From a virus, in IMG/VR virus record IMGVR_UViG_3300042887_002430, positions 1 through 64,000 of that record: a DNA stretch of 64,000 nt. One strand, given 5' to 3'. The notes beneath the pieces were generated by a model. That model had not been told where the DNA came from and ran no database searches. It saw nothing but the letters and a program-made list of their open reading frames with translations. Position 1 is the first letter of the stretch. Each line of letters opens with the position of its first letter. Position numbers and translations under genes: made by a program. Below, piece after piece: positions 39,754 to 50,490 of this stretch.

Positions 39754-39990
39754 ATGTCAAAAAAATATTTACAAACCTTAGAAACAAAAGTAAGAACGGA
39801 TATAAAAACATGGGATGCTGACGACATATATTATGAATATAGTATTATTGTTCATGATGATGGTAAAGTATTCGATGATGTTAATAATAGATTATATTCA
39901 TCATTAGATGAATGGTTAGACCACTATCTTGATGATAGTGAAGAAGATATTGATTTTTTATCATCACATAGAGGATATTTCGATGACTAG
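39754..39990 (+). CDS. Hypothetical acidic protein
   Basis: ORF. Confidence 0.55.
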   Translation: MSKKYLQTLETKVRTDIKTWDADDIYYEYSIIVHDDGKVFDDVNNRLYSSLDEWLDHYLDDSEEDIDFLSSHRGYFDD

Positions 39991-40198
39991 TTTTTTATTC
40001 AATAGTCCCAATGGCGAATTAGAAGTTGTATGTACAGGAAGATATGCTATTAAAAAATCATTGACTTCTAAGAATACATATAAGAAAATAGAGATAACCC
40101 CAACAGATGAACATATTGGGTGGAAGAAATTTGTTAATGAAGAAGATTTAATGGAGATACGTCGATTTGATGGATTGGAATCAGACGATACATTATAA
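39929..40198 (+). CDS. Hypothetical protein (likely start ~39983)
   Basis: GAGG RBS before MTSFL. Confidence 0.5.
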   Translation: MMIVKKILIFYHHIEDISMTSFLFNSPNGELEVVCTGRYAIKKSLTSKNTYKKIEITPTDEHIGWKKFVNEEDLMEIRRFDGLESDDTL

Positions 40199-40258
40199 AA
40201 AAATATGATATACTGTAACGACAGTTAAGATTAACTGTCACTAATTAATGACGAAATT

Positions 40259-41224
40259 ATGAAAAAAATTATAGAAAAATATATACCTTTACCATCCTTT
40301 CCTAATGCTAAAGGTTGGTATAGTTTAAAATGTAATGTATGCCACGATTATAAAGTTAGAGCAGGATTTAATTTTACTGATGATAATGTGTCATATCATT
40401 GTTTTAATTGTAATTTTAAAGCATTTTATTTTGTTAATTCACGGGTTAATGATGATTTCAAAAAAGTATTAAATTCGTATCATGTTCCAGAAGATGAGTT
40501 GTTGAAACTATCATTTGTTGCCTTAACCGCAGAACGTCCAACATATAAAAAAGTAGTAAAAAGTGATAACCCATTGGTAGAAATAGATGTTCCTAAATGT
40601 TTTTATAAATTAATATCTGATGGTAGTGACAAACAGTCTAATATTGCTATAGAATATTTAAAAAATCGTGGAATAATAAATAACTATAATTTTTATCTCT
40701 CAAGAGGTAATACCACACAGGATGAAAAATTGTGGGGTAACCGTTTGATAATCCCTTATTATAGGGAAGATAAATTAATCTTTTTTCAAGGTCGGACATT
40801 AAACAATGCAAGTAGAAGATATGTTAATTCAACAGTTGATAATGATGGTATTATTTTATACGGGTATCAAAACTTTCATACCGTATCTAATGACCTTCTT
40901 TTCATTGTAGAGGGTTTTTTTGATGCCTATCATTTGAATGGTGTTGCCATTGTAGGGAATAGTTTAACCGATAAAAAAATTAAAGTTATAAACGAAAGTA
41001 ATAAAAGAAAAATATATGTCCCTGATAGATTCGGGAATGGTAAAGAACCTGCAATAAAAGCTATTGAGGCAGGATGGGAAGTATCTATTCCTGATTGTGG
41101 TAATTGTAAAGATTTAAACGAAGCCATCATTAAGTATGGTCTACTATATGTAAAAAAATCATTAATGGATAATTGTAAAAAAGGTTTTGCAGCTACCATA
41201 ATGGTTAATGCTATGTGCAAATAA
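40259..41224 (+). CDS. gp61-like DNA primase
   Basis: CNVC..HCFNC zinc finger, FFQGR, Toprim VEGFFDA, PDR, KDLNE. Confidence 0.9.
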   Translation: MKKIIEKYIPLPSFPNAKGWYSLKCNVCHDYKVRAGFNFTDDNVSYHCFNCNFKAFYFVNSRVNDDFKKVLNSYHVPEDELLKLSFVALTAERPTYKKVVKSDNPLVEIDVPKCFYKLISDGSDKQSNIAIEYLKNRGIINNYNFYLSRGNTTQDEKLWGNRLIIPYYREDKLIFFQGRTLNNASRRYVNSTVDNDGIILYGYQNFHTVSNDLLFIVEGFFDAYHLNGVAIVGNSLTDKKIKVINESNKRKIYVPDRFGNGKEPAIKAIEAGWEVSIPDCGNCKDLNEAIIKYGLLYVKKSLMDNCKKGFAATIMVNAMCK

Positions 41225-41241
41225 TAAGGATAATAAAAAAA

Positions 41242-41799
41242 ATGAACAATATGTTAGTGGTTGCTATGGAAACCAGTGGGTTAAATGTTGCCAATTCTAT
41301 TGGAGTGGATAGAAACCTATCAAATCATTATCAAATCCTATCCATAGGATTAATAGTTTGTAATTCCAAATATGAAAAAATTGATGAAATGTATATGGAA
41401 ATTCAATATGATGGTAAAAGCCTATGGGATAAACAGGCAGAAAAACATCATGGATTATCAAAAGGGCGATTGAAAGAATATGGTTTAGTAGAAGTAAAAG
41501 CATTAGAAGAAATAGGGTCTTTTATATTCAATCATTTCGAAAATAATAAAATACCATTGGTCGGACACAATACCCACTTTAGCTTAACATTTTTAGATTC
41601 GTTATTTAGACGATATGATATTGTCTTACCATTTGATTGTCATTATTATGATTTGGCAACATTAGGAAAGGTGTTCTTAAATACCTGTAATAAAAATACC
41701 ATCTTTGCACTATTAGAATTAAAAAATGATAAACGAAATGCATTGAATACTGCCCGTAATATATTAAAGGCATTCAATAGATTTAAAAGTATTGTTTGA
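41242..41799 (+). CDS. DEDDh exonuclease-fold protein with degenerate active site
   Basis: VAMETSGL, HGLS, VGHNTHFS, DLATLG, RNALNTA. Confidence 0.7.
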   Translation: MNNMLVVAMETSGLNVANSIGVDRNLSNHYQILSIGLIVCNSKYEKIDEMYMEIQYDGKSLWDKQAEKHHGLSKGRLKEYGLVEVKALEEIGSFIFNHFENNKIPLVGHNTHFSLTFLDSLFRRYDIVLPFDCHYYDLATLGKVFLNTCNKNTIFALLELKNDKRNALNTARNILKAFNRFKSIV

Positions 41800-41839
41800 T
41801 TAATATAATTGTTGTATAATTTATTATTTGGAGGTTAAT

Positions 41840-42400
41840 ATGTATAGAAAATTGAAAATGTATTTAAATAAAATTTCCGATGTCAAACCTATTGATATGG
41901 ATGATGGTACTGAAAAATTAGCCTATTTTTCCAAATATGATGGGAGTTATATTACCTTAACAGGGTTGGAGAATTCGGTTAGATATTTAATGAAACGTGG
42001 AATCACAAAAGATTTGGCGCATGGTGTTGGCTATTCTCCAAGAAAGAAAAAATGGTACGGATGGTCCCATAGGGCAATTTATGGATTTAAAATTGGAAGT
42101 ACCGTTACACAAGATGATTGTGCCTATTTTCCAACTAATAAACAAGACTACATAGATTCTTACATTGAATTTTGGACGGATGTTGATAATCATAAAACAG
42201 TTTCTGTTGAAGATATAACAGAAGAAGGATTTAATATTATTTTTAATTATAATGATACCGTTCCAAATGAATCACTTAAAAATAAAATTTCTTCAGTATA
42301 TCAAGAATTCCCAAAACAATGGGGACGTGGCGAATGGACTGCTAAAACCATGGATGATGCTAAACAAATGGCTATAGATTTTTGCGAAGGTGTTTCGTAA
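41840..42400 (+). CDS. Hypothetical phage protein
   Basis: GGAGG RBS; WYGWSHRAIYGF. Confidence 0.6.
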   Translation: MYRKLKMYLNKISDVKPIDMDDGTEKLAYFSKYDGSYITLTGLENSVRYLMKRGITKDLAHGVGYSPRKKKWYGWSHRAIYGFKIGSTVTQDDCAYFPTNKQDYIDSYIEFWTDVDNHKTVSVEDITEEGFNIIFNYNDTVPNESLKNKISSVYQEFPKQWGRGEWTAKTMDDAKQMAIDFCEGVS

Positions 42401-43203
42401 TGAAACAATATCACGATTTATTACAAAAAGTATTATCAGAAGGTATAGAATCTTCTGATAGAACCGGTACCGGTACATTATCATTATTTGGTGAAAAAAT
42501 GGAATTTGACCTTAGTGAAGGTTTTCCATTATTAACCACTAAACACGTATCATTTAAAAATATTGCCACAGAATTAATATGGTTCCTTAAAGGGGATACC
42601 AATGCAAAATATTTAGATGATATGAATAATACCATTTGGAAAGAATGGACTAATGATGAAAATGATTTACCACATACTTATGCTAAACAATGGCGACATT
42701 TTGGTGGATTAGATTCTAATTATACTGTAGACCAAATTGCTAATGTTATTAAAAGTATTAACGATAATCCTTATGGTAGAAGACATATTGTCAGTGCATG
42801 GAATCCTTTAACAGTAGAACATGCTGCCTTGCCACCATGCCATATGTTTTTTCAATTATACGTTAGAGATGACAAACTCTCATTATTGTTCTATATGCGG
42901 TCTAACGACATGTTTTTAGGTAACCCTTACAATATAGCTAGTTATGCTCTTCTCGCCCATCTAGTGGCATTTCTGACAGGATTTCAGGTAGGTAAACTAG
43001 TCTACATGTGTGGGGATTGTCATTTATATACAAATCATATTGAACAGGCTAAAGAATTGTTATCAAGAGATTATAACAAATATAAATTACCTACTTTAAG
43101 TATACGTGATAATTTAACCAGTATTGATGATATAGAATTATTCCATTTAAAATTAAATGATTATGCATCATATCCCAGTATTAAGGCAGACGTAGCTGTA
43201 TGA
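42400..43203 (+). CDS. thyA: Thymidylate synthase (start reassigned to 42400)
   Basis: DRTGTGT, ELIWFL, LPPCH, RSNDMFLG.PYNIASY. Confidence 0.96.
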   Translation: MKQYHDLLQKVLSEGIESSDRTGTGTLSLFGEKMEFDLSEGFPLLTTKHVSFKNIATELIWFLKGDTNAKYLDDMNNTIWKEWTNDENDLPHTYAKQWRHFGGLDSNYTVDQIANVIKSINDNPYGRRHIVSAWNPLTVEHAALPPCHMFFQLYVRDDKLSLLFYMRSNDMFLGNPYNIASYALLAHLVAFLTGFQVGKLVYMCGDCHLYTNHIEQAKELLSRDYNKYKLPTLSIRDNLTSIDDIELFHLKLNDYASYPSIKADVAV

Positions 43204-43400
43204 CCACCAGTTATCATTGTTCATATAATAAGATTGGAACCTTATATACAACCTATCCATGTGGACATAGGGTAGAATCCAATATTGACTATTTTTATTC
43301 AAATAATGAGATTAAACAATATTATACTACTTCGGAAAAATGTCCAACATGTCGTAAACATTCAAACTATACTTCAAACTTCGGTACCCGATACTTCTAA
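43200..43400 (+). CDS. Small Cys-containing protein
   Basis: CGH..CPTC. Confidence 0.45.
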   Translation: MTTSYHCSYNKIGTLYTTYPCGHRVESNIDYFYSNNEIKQYYTTSEKCPTCRKHSNYTSNFGTRYF

Positions 43401-43414
43401 TAGGAGATTACAAT

Positions 43415-43909
43415 ATGATTCACATTATCGTAGCTTATGATAATAAAAATGGTTTTACAAAGAATAAAAATATTCCATGGTTAGCTGAGGAATGGTGTAA
43501 ACAAGATTTACAAAGATTTAAAACATTAACAGATGGATGTGCATTAGTAATGGGTACTAATACATATAATGAGATTGCATCTTTAAGAAAAGTAAAAAAA
43601 GATTTATTACCAAATAGAACATCATATGTTGTAACCTCTAAGCCTGAAAAAACATTTCCCGGTGCTACTACTATTTCTTCATTATCGGAAGTATATAAAT
43701 TAGAACCCAATAGAGATATTTTTATTATTGGTGGTGAAAAATTATATCGAGAAGCTATGACACATTGTAAATCAGTCTTTGTTACCTATATTAACAAAGA
43801 TTACGATTGTGACCAATACTTTCCAGTACCTATCAATAATTGGGAATTCTGGGACCATTCAGAAGAACCATTAAATGAATATGTAACCTTTAAAACTTAT
43901 TTTAAATAA
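43415..43909 (+). CDS. frd: Dihydrofolate reductase
   Basis: IPW, DLQRFK, VMGTNT, LPNR, IIGG, CDQYFP. Confidence 0.92.
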   Translation: MIHIIVAYDNKNGFTKNKNIPWLAEEWCKQDLQRFKTLTDGCALVMGTNTYNEIASLRKVKKDLLPNRTSYVVTSKPEKTFPGATTISSLSEVYKLEPNRDIFIIGGEKLYREAMTHCKSVFVTYINKDYDCDQYFPVPINNWEFWDHSEEPLNEYVTFKTYFK

Positions 43910-43911
43910 TT

Positions 43912-44154
43912 ATGAAAAAAATATTAATATTAGTAAGCATCCTTTTATTATCTGGGTGTGCTGATAAAAATCCTAATCCTGATGAGGTATTAGGATTTTG
44001 GTACGGTATGTGGCATGGTTTTACTATTATTTTAGCATTTTTGGCATCATGGTTTGATAATGATGTTGCTTTATATGCTACTAATAATACGGGATTCTGG
44101 TACAATTTAGGATATTTGTGTGGATTATATATCTTTTATGATACTACCAATTAA
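43912..44154 (+). CDS. Lipoprotein/membrane protein
   Basis: Lipobox LSGC; GFWYGMWHG. Confidence 0.7.
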   Translation: MKKILILVSILLLSGCADKNPNPDEVLGFWYGMWHGFTIILAFLASWFDNDVALYATNNTGFWYNLGYLCGLYIFYDTTN

Positions 44155-44561
44155 TGTTTATTAATACCTTTCCAGTACCCTAGCTTATTATCAAATACCA
44201 ATTCTTCTGGTGCATAGAATTCACCCTCTGCACCAGTCACTTCTAAATCTCTAGGGTCTACAATAATCTTCATTATTGTATTATTCTTTCCAAATTTTGG
44301 TTCAGAATGTTGTTTAGTAGATTTATCTGTTGGACCAAACCATGCACCCTTATTAAATCTTCCTAATAATTTAATATTTTCTGCATTATCTTTGGATGTT
44401 CCATGATATACAATAATAGTAGCATCACCAACTTTCTTTTCAACTTTTGAACCACGTTGTTTAGCTTCTTTAACAAAATCTTCCATAGCATTATATCGTT
44501 CAATATAATCTTGACGGTAATTGAAATTCTCTTTTAATGGTTTAATTTCTGATAGTTTCAT
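44151..44561 (-). CDS. MKLSEI-leader protein, ADP-ribosyltransferase-like
   Basis: VYHGTS..NAENI...GAWF; GEF. Confidence 0.55.
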   Translation of the reverse strand: MKLSEIKPLKENFNYRQDYIERYNAMEDFVKEAKQRGSKVEKKVGDATIIVYHGTSKDNAENIKLLGRFNKGAWFGPTDKSTKQHSEPKFGKNNTIMKIIVDPRDLEVTGAEGEFYAPEELVFDNKLGYWKGINKH

Positions 44562-44563
44562 AA

Positions 44564-45400
44564 TTATCTAAATTTTGATTGGGTTAATCTAATATTACCA
44601 TCTTTATCTACATATGCATGGGCATACATTTTATCTGCACCGTGTTTATAAAAATCTACTGTAGTGGCATCTAATCCATAATCCCATAAGTATAAACGAT
44701 TATTAAACTTGCACCAATTTCTAGCGGTTGTTAAATCACCAATAGTCAATCCCGCATTTTGCATCAATTCTGTTAAGTATAAAAAATTTTCATTCTGTTC
44801 GTCATCCTGTTTACCTGCACGATATACTGTAGATGCTGCATCATGTAAATAATCTACTATATTACGAAATCGTCCACGATAATATAAATCTGCATTGGTA
44901 AATTCATTAAAAATATCACCAAACTCTTCTTTGAACATTTTTTTAAATTCACCAGGCTTGATAGGTTCAGCAAGTGGCATTTGTATCCAGTTAGATAATG
45001 AAATATTATCAAAATGAATATCTTTATTTCTTGCACTAGTATCTAAAATAGGCAATAAAAATCTACCACTTTCCCAATGGGAATAATTATAAAAATGTTC
45101 AATCTCTGCACGATTTTGAGCAATACCTTTACCATTTAATGCTAATTTAAATACGGTTTGTACCATACCCGATGTTGGTAAATTATATTCCGATAATACA
45201 TGATGGTCTAACATGGATGCATCTATAGCTACTTTAAAAACAATTCTCGATGACCCTTTACCAACCCGTTCACCAAATTCTTCAAATTTTTTAATAATAG
45301 CCACAGATGAATATTTTCCTGCCCGACTATCTAATGAACGTGCCTCAATTTCGGGAGGTAATGGAGCTTCAAATAATGGTAATACTTCTTTTAGTTTCAT
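44564..45400 (-). CDS. MKLKEV-leader protein kinase-like enzyme
   Basis: GKGSSRIVF, VFKLA, QNRAE, GDL...NW, DYG. Confidence 0.75.
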   Translation of the reverse strand: MKLKEVLPLFEAPLPPEIEARSLDSRAGKYSSVAIIKKFEEFGERVGKGSSRIVFKVAIDASMLDHHVLSEYNLPTSGMVQTVFKLALNGKGIAQNRAEIEHFYNYSHWESGRFLLPILDTSARNKDIHFDNISLSNWIQMPLAEPIKPGEFKKMFKEEFGDIFNEFTNADLYYRGRFRNIVDYLHDAASTVYRAGKQDDEQNENFLYLTELMQNAGLTIGDLTTARNWCKFNNRLYLWDYGLDATTVDFYKHGADKMYAHAYVDKDGNIRLTQSKFR

Positions 45401-45402
45401 AC

Positions 45403-46239
45403 TTATGCCTTATATCGTTTTAGTGTAGGTGATAATTTCAATGTTATATTACCATCCTTATCCACCTTAGCAGTTGCCTTTTTAAATTTATTATATAGTT
45501 CATGGGTAGTAACATCAAAACCATAATCTAACAAATATAATCTATTGTTAAATAATCCCCAACTACTATTCTTAAAAATATCCCCAAACCCTAATTTCAC
45601 GGTATCAATCATATCCATTAATGTATGAAAATTATGAGCTTGTAATCCTGTTGCTACACCATTCTTAACAGCATTATCTCTAATCTCTTTCAATGCATCA
45701 TGTAATTCCGCACGAGTTTTTATTTTAATATTAGATAAATCATCAAAGACCATACCAAATTCTGCTTCAAATATTCCTTTAAATTCCAATGGTTTAATTC
45801 TTTTTACCATTGGTAATTGTATCCAATGTGACAATGGTTCATCATCTAAGGTAATATTCTTAGTTCTTGCACTAGTATCTAATATAGGTAAGATATACCT
45901 TGCAAAATCATGAGATTTATATTTTTTAAATGTATTGATTTCTGCTTTATTCTGTGCAATACCATTAGCATTAGTAGCTACTTTAAAAACAGTATCTATT
46001 TTTCCAGATGTTGGGAAACCATAATGTGATAATATAGAAGTATCTAATAATTCTGCATCAATACTAACACTAAATGCTGCTCTTGACGAACCTTGACCTA
46101 CCTTAACTCCACCAATTTTTGTAAATCTATACATTAAACTAGGTGAGGAATATGCACCAGGTTTAGGTTCTAAATATGATGGGTCAACATCTGGCGGTAA
46201 TGGTGCTTCCAATAATGGTTTTAATTCTTGTAATTTCAT
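45403..46239 (-). CDS. MKLQEL-leader protein kinase-like enzyme (paralog)
   Basis: GQGSSRAAF, VFKVA, QNKAE, GDI..SSWG, DYGF. Confidence 0.75.
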   Translation of the reverse strand: MKLQELKPLLEAPLPPDVDPSYLEPKPGAYSSPSLMYRFTKIGGVKVGQGSSRAAFSVSIDAELLDTSILSHYGFPTSGKIDTVFKVATNANGIAQNKAEINTFKKYKSHDFARYILPILDTSARTKNITLDDEPLSHWIQLPMVKRIKPLEFKGIFEAEFGMVFDDLSNIKIKTRAELHDALKEIRDNAVKNGVATGLQAHNFHTLMDMIDTVKLGFGDIFKNSSWGLFNNRLYLLDYGFDVTTHELYNKFKKATAKVDKDGNITLKLSPTLKRYKA

Positions 46240-46604
46240 GATATGCCATTCTTAAAAATGTTATTTAAGTAATTAGAATCCATATTTAAACCATTGTGTA
46301 TTAATACATTACCTACAAACGTAGAACAATTTTCAGCATTAACGTTATTTACTGATGGTACTAATACTGGTTTAGATAGATTTATAATTTTTAATTGTTG
46401 TGGTGGGAAATTAGAATCTTCGGTAATGCTATTAGTAATATAAACCCCATCACCATGTTTATGTCCAGACATTTGTAATTGTTTACCACTATCAATAATA
46501 AATCCAACATGGTCATAATACCACAATTTCGGACATGAAGTAGAACGTGCAAAAAATATTGAATTAGATTTATATTCTTTAGACAATAATTCTCTTAATA
46601 GCAT
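46236..46604 (-). CDS. MLLREL-leader protein, permuted papain-like fold
   Basis: DHVGF ... ENCSTFV (His before Asn-Cys). Confidence 0.55.
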   Translation of the reverse strand: MLLRELLSKEYKSNSIFFARSTSCPKLWYYDHVGFIIDSGKQLQMSGHKHGDGVYITNSITEDSNFPPQQLKIINLSKPVLVPSVNNVNAENCSTFVGNVLIHNGLNMDSNYLNNIFKNGIS

Positions 46605-46605
46605 A

Positions 46606-47115
46606 TTAATCCCATCTCAATATTCTTAATTGTGTTAATTTATCAGCCAATGCTATTAAATGTTTGCATCCACCTAATGATTTGTTAGGATTAACCGGTG
46701 GTCTATTAGTCTTTTTAATATATGGAGGGGGAGGAGTTCCTTCTAAACTATTGTTGTTAAAGTGAAATGTTGCAAATCTATAATAAAAATCTAAACAATC
46801 ACAGGATAAATGAATATCATTATGTCTAGCATTCAATGGAATAATATTATGAATTTCATTATCATCACATTTAATAGCTATGCCACCATCATCTACATAC
46901 TGAACATCATCAAATTGAATATCAGTTTTATAATGTTGACCACCACTACTCTGTGTATCTGCCTCAACCTTTAAATTATTGGTTTGGGTATATGGAGTGA
47001 ATTTAAGACCACGTGCATTAACAGTATTTGTAATATGCTGACGTTTCTTAGTTGTTGGGAAACCAGTAATATTATTCTGGTTAACTTGGCTGACGGTAAT
47101 CTCTGATAATAGCAT
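46606..47115 (-). CDS. MLLSEI-leader SWIM zinc-finger protein
   Basis: CDCLDFYYRF...GCKHL; late promoter 47145-47152. Confidence 0.7.
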   Translation of the reverse strand: MLLSEITVSQVNQNNITGFPTTKKRQHITNTVNARGLKFTPYTQTNNLKVEADTQSSGGQHYKTDIQFDDVQYVDDGGIAIKCDDNEIHNIIPLNARHNDIHLSCDCLDFYYRFATFHFNNNSLEGTPPPPYIKKTNRPPVNPNKSLGGCKHLIALADKLTQLRILRWD

Positions 47116-47207
47116 AAAAATTCTTATATGATTTTTAAATCTACTATTTATAAAAATACCCTCCTAATGATTGATTTTTAATCATTAGGAGGGTATAAAA
47201 GAATATC

Positions 47208-47531
47208 TTAGTGTGTCAGGTGACTTACATGTGCTAAATGACCTGATGGATGTTCTTCTGCATTATCACCATGTTTAATAACAATAGAATCATAATCATC
47301 CATCGTTAATTTTTCAGAATGTAATTTCAATGCATTCTCGGTAATTTTATGCAAATCCATATCAGATGCTGCTTCTTCTTTAGCATATTCTAATAATCTA
47401 ATAAACAATGGAATATCCAATGTTAATGTGTCTTCAGGATTTCCAGGAACATCACCATGTGATGGTGGCATATCATGTCGGGTATCAGCACCATCCATTT
47501 CAAAGGATGATAAAACTTCACATAATTTCAT
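47208..47531 (-). CDS. MKLCEV-leader hypothetical protein
   Basis: DIPLFIRLLEYAKE..DMDLH; TAAATA upstream. Confidence 0.6.
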   Translation of the reverse strand: MKLCEVLSSFEMDGADTRHDMPPSHGDVPGNPEDTLTLDIPLFIRLLEYAKEEAASDMDLHKITENALKLHSEKLTMDDYDSIVIKHGDNAEEHPSGHLAHVSHLTH

Positions 47532-47572
47532 AATTGTTGACCTATATTGTAGAATGGTTATATTTAGTACAA

Positions 47573-48028
47573 TTATTTAGCAATACTGGGATTAATGTCA
47601 AATGTTTTAGGGTGTAAATCCTCACTACGCCCCGTATAATTTCTAGGATTCATCAATACATTACTATTTAATAATCGTTCAACCGCCTTTCTAGTATCTG
47701 AAGATTGTATATTAATAGTAATAGTTCTAATACCATGAATATATAATTCTCTAATTAAATCTTTAAAGAATCCTCGTCTTTTAAATTTATATTCATCAGC
47801 AGAATATTTAAATTCGGATGGTACACTATTCATACCAATGATTCTAGCATTATCATCAACTATTTCGCCATAGGCTTTACCACCAATAATATCAGAATAT
47901 TTAAAACCAGTATAGGAAACATCTTTAACAACATCATCTCCAATGTCATCATCATATTCTTTTACCTTTTTAGTTTCTTTAGCTACAATAAATGATTCAT
48001 CCAATGATTTAATTTCTAATAATTTCAT
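47573..48028 (-). CDS. MKLLEI-leader protein, possible GNAT fold
   Basis: FKRRGFFKDLI resembles the acetyl-CoA binding motif. Confidence 0.45.
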   Translation of the reverse strand: MKLLEIKSLDESFIVAKETKKVKEYDDDIGDDVVKDVSYTGFKYSDIIGGKAYGEIVDDNARIIGMNSVPSEFKYSADEYKFKRRGFFKDLIRELYIHGIRTITINIQSSDTRKAVERLLNSNVLMNPRNYTGRSEDLHPKTFDINPSIAK

Positions 48029-48030
48029 AA

Positions 48031-48534
48031 TTATTCCACAATAGTTAGTTGATTATATTTAGCTATCCAATAGGCATCAACAATATCATATAATCCACTA
48101 GATACTTTATATTTTGATTTAAATAATACTTTAACATCTTCCGGCAATGCAGCAAACATCATAGGCTTAGTTACTTTTGCCTTAGCACTGCCGCCACTAC
48201 CAGTGGCGAATTTTTTAACAGTCTTAGGAGATATAATAGTAATATCACCAATCTTTAATTCATATTTAAACTTATTAATAATAACATATTGTAATCCTGC
48301 CAAATTTCTAATAGCATTACCATTATTGCCAAATGATAAACCTTCCATAGATAATTTAACATTTTCATGATTATTATATATTTCTTCTAATTTATTAATG
48401 ATGATATGCACCCTATCATGATTATCTCCATCCTCTGGATTTGTCTTAATAACGCCAAAATCTATAATATTGTCTTTATTTAAAATACAATATCCACTAC
48501 TGGTAAACGATTGGTCTAATCCAAAATAAATCAT
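48031..48534 (-). CDS. RuvC-like Holliday junction resolvase
   Basis: GLDQSFTSSG, MEGLSFG, VKKFATGSG, DIVDAY. Confidence 0.85.
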   Translation of the reverse strand: MIYFGLDQSFTSSGYCILNKDNIIDFGVIKTNPEDGDNHDRVHIIINKLEEIYNNHENVKLSMEGLSFGNNGNAIRNLAGLQYVIINKFKYELKIGDITIISPKTVKKFATGSGGSAKAKVTKPMMFAALPEDVKVLFKSKYKVSSGLYDIVDAYWIAKYNQLTIVE

Positions 48535-48610
48535 TTAATAATCCCAAATATTAATAATAGTAAGGACTATTTACAAAAAAAGCCACCTTACGGTGGCTTT
48601 TTATTATGAT

Positions 48611-50368
48611 TTAATTATAAGTAATCTTACTAAAATCATTTTCGGTAGAGATATACATAACTTTTTCAAACATATCAATGGTTTCCGAACGATGGGATAT
48701 TAAAAATAAGGACATCTCATCTTCACTAGCCTTCATCTTTAATAATTTGATGGCATCCGATACACTATTGGTATCTAAACTAGTATCCAAAATCTCATCC
48801 ATGATACATAGATTAATAGGTGATGACATCTTCTGTCTAATATCTCTAAATGCAAATATTAATCCTAATGATATCTTACCTCTTTGACCATTAGATAAAT
48901 TGGAGAATTTGATGTTTCTTCCTAAGTATCTAATATCGGCTGTCATATTAGCATTAAATTCTACCATATACGGCATTCTCATATCCTGCAAATACTTTTG
49001 TAATCTACTATTCAGATACTTCAAATTACTATCTAACAGATTCTTACGGATGAAAGAATCCTTCTTAGTCAATAACTTAACTAAGAATTCCTGATGATAT
49101 AGGATATTTCTCAATTTATCTAATCCTTTATAATCAATAGGTTCTAATTTCATATCTTCTAATTCTGCTAATTGTTCCAAATAAACATTTTTAGAATTAT
49201 GTAATTCTTCAATTTTTTGCTTAATATTTTCTGAACGATTCTTAATATTAATCAATTCTTCAATATCATCTACCGTGATACTAGCCAATAATGAATCATG
49301 TTCTTCTTGACGTTTAACCATTTCATCATCTAATACCTGTAATTGTTCAATAGTTTCCGTTAAGGTTTTATCACATTCTTCAATAACGGTTACACAATTT
49401 TGGATATCATCTTCATTGTGATAATGTTGTTTGCATCGTGGACAGATGCTTTTTTGTAAACTATCTAATTCTTGTTCGGTCTTTTGTTTCAACCTTACAA
49501 TTTTATCCTTAGTATTAGACATGGATGATGCATCTGATTTCAGTGTTCTAATTTCGCCACGGACAACATTAGCCATTGATAAATACTTTTTTTCTTCATC
49601 AACATTAACACCATCAATCTTACCCAATTCTTTTTTATAATTAAGAATTGTTTTTTGAACCTCATCATTATGAGTTTCCGATTTTCTTCTAATATTGGCA
49701 ATATGATTATCTAATCTTTCCTGTTCTTGAATAATCCTATTCGTTTCAAATTCTTGTTTATCAACATGTTTCTTAGTTTCACTAATCGATGCTTTTAAGG
49801 AAACTGCCTTTTCATTAAGGATATGTAAATCAAACAATCTTTCAATAAATCCTTGTTGGGAGACACCATTAGTAGCAGTTACCGGCAAATCTAAAAAATC
49901 TGTATTGGTGGCCAGAATTAATACCATCTGAATAAACATATCATAACTAATCCCCAATATATCAACAATCAGTTGGTCTGTATTCTTAATGCTATCTAAT
50001 GATACATTATGATGCTTCTCAAATACTCCTTCATCATTATTATGGAATAATTGTACATAATTGCCATCCGCCCCAGGTTTCATCTTTCTACATCTAACAA
50101 CCTTATAATATCCTGCCTCTTTTTTATGGAAGGTAACACTAACCTCCATTTGTTTAGCATTGATATTATTGATTAAATCATCTGCTGTAGTACCAGTATT
50201 CAATGCTTTATTATATAATGCATAGACTACCGCTGCCGCAATAGTGGTCTTTCCTGTACCGTTTTGACCCTGTATTAATATTACATCACTATGGTTTAAA
50301 CTTAATTCGGTAGCAACATTTCCATAGGATAAGAAGTTTCTTAATGTTAATTTTTCAAATGTTATCAT
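48611..50368 (-). CDS. gp46/SbcC-like ATPase (start reassigned to 50368)
   Basis: NFLSYGN, NGTGKTT, CPRC hook, LSNGQ, MDE, ISH. Confidence 0.93.
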   Translation of the reverse strand: MITFEKLTLRNFLSYGNVATELSLNHSDVILIQGQNGTGKTTIAAAVVYALYNKALNTGTTADDLINNINAKQMEVSVTFHKKEAGYYKVVRCRKMKPGADGNYVQLFHNNDEGVFEKHHNVSLDSIKNTDQLIVDILGISYDMFIQMVLILATNTDFLDLPVTATNGVSQQGFIERLFDLHILNEKAVSLKASISETKKHVDKQEFETNRIIQEQERLDNHIANIRRKSETHNDEVQKTILNYKKELGKIDGVNVDEEKKYLSMANVVRGEIRTLKSDASSMSNTKDKIVRLKQKTEQELDSLQKSICPRCKQHYHNEDDIQNCVTVIEECDKTLTETIEQLQVLDDEMVKRQEEHDSLLASITVDDIEELINIKNRSENIKQKIEELHNSKNVYLEQLAELEDMKLEPIDYKGLDKLRNILYHQEFLVKLLTKKDSFIRKNLLDSNLKYLNSRLQKYLQDMRMPYMVEFNANMTADIRYLGRNIKFSNLSNGQRGKISLGLIFAFRDIRQKMSSPINLCIMDEILDTSLDTNSVSDAIKLLKMKASEDEMSLFLISHRSETIDMFEKVMYISTENDFSKITYN

Positions 50369-50490
50369 AATTTTTTGATTTTCAATGTTAAAGAGGTTGA
50401 TGGTATAATATTCATATTCGAATGTCAATAATATAAATGTATAAATAGATTCACAAACCCCTATGACCTTTGGTCATAGGGGTTATATTA

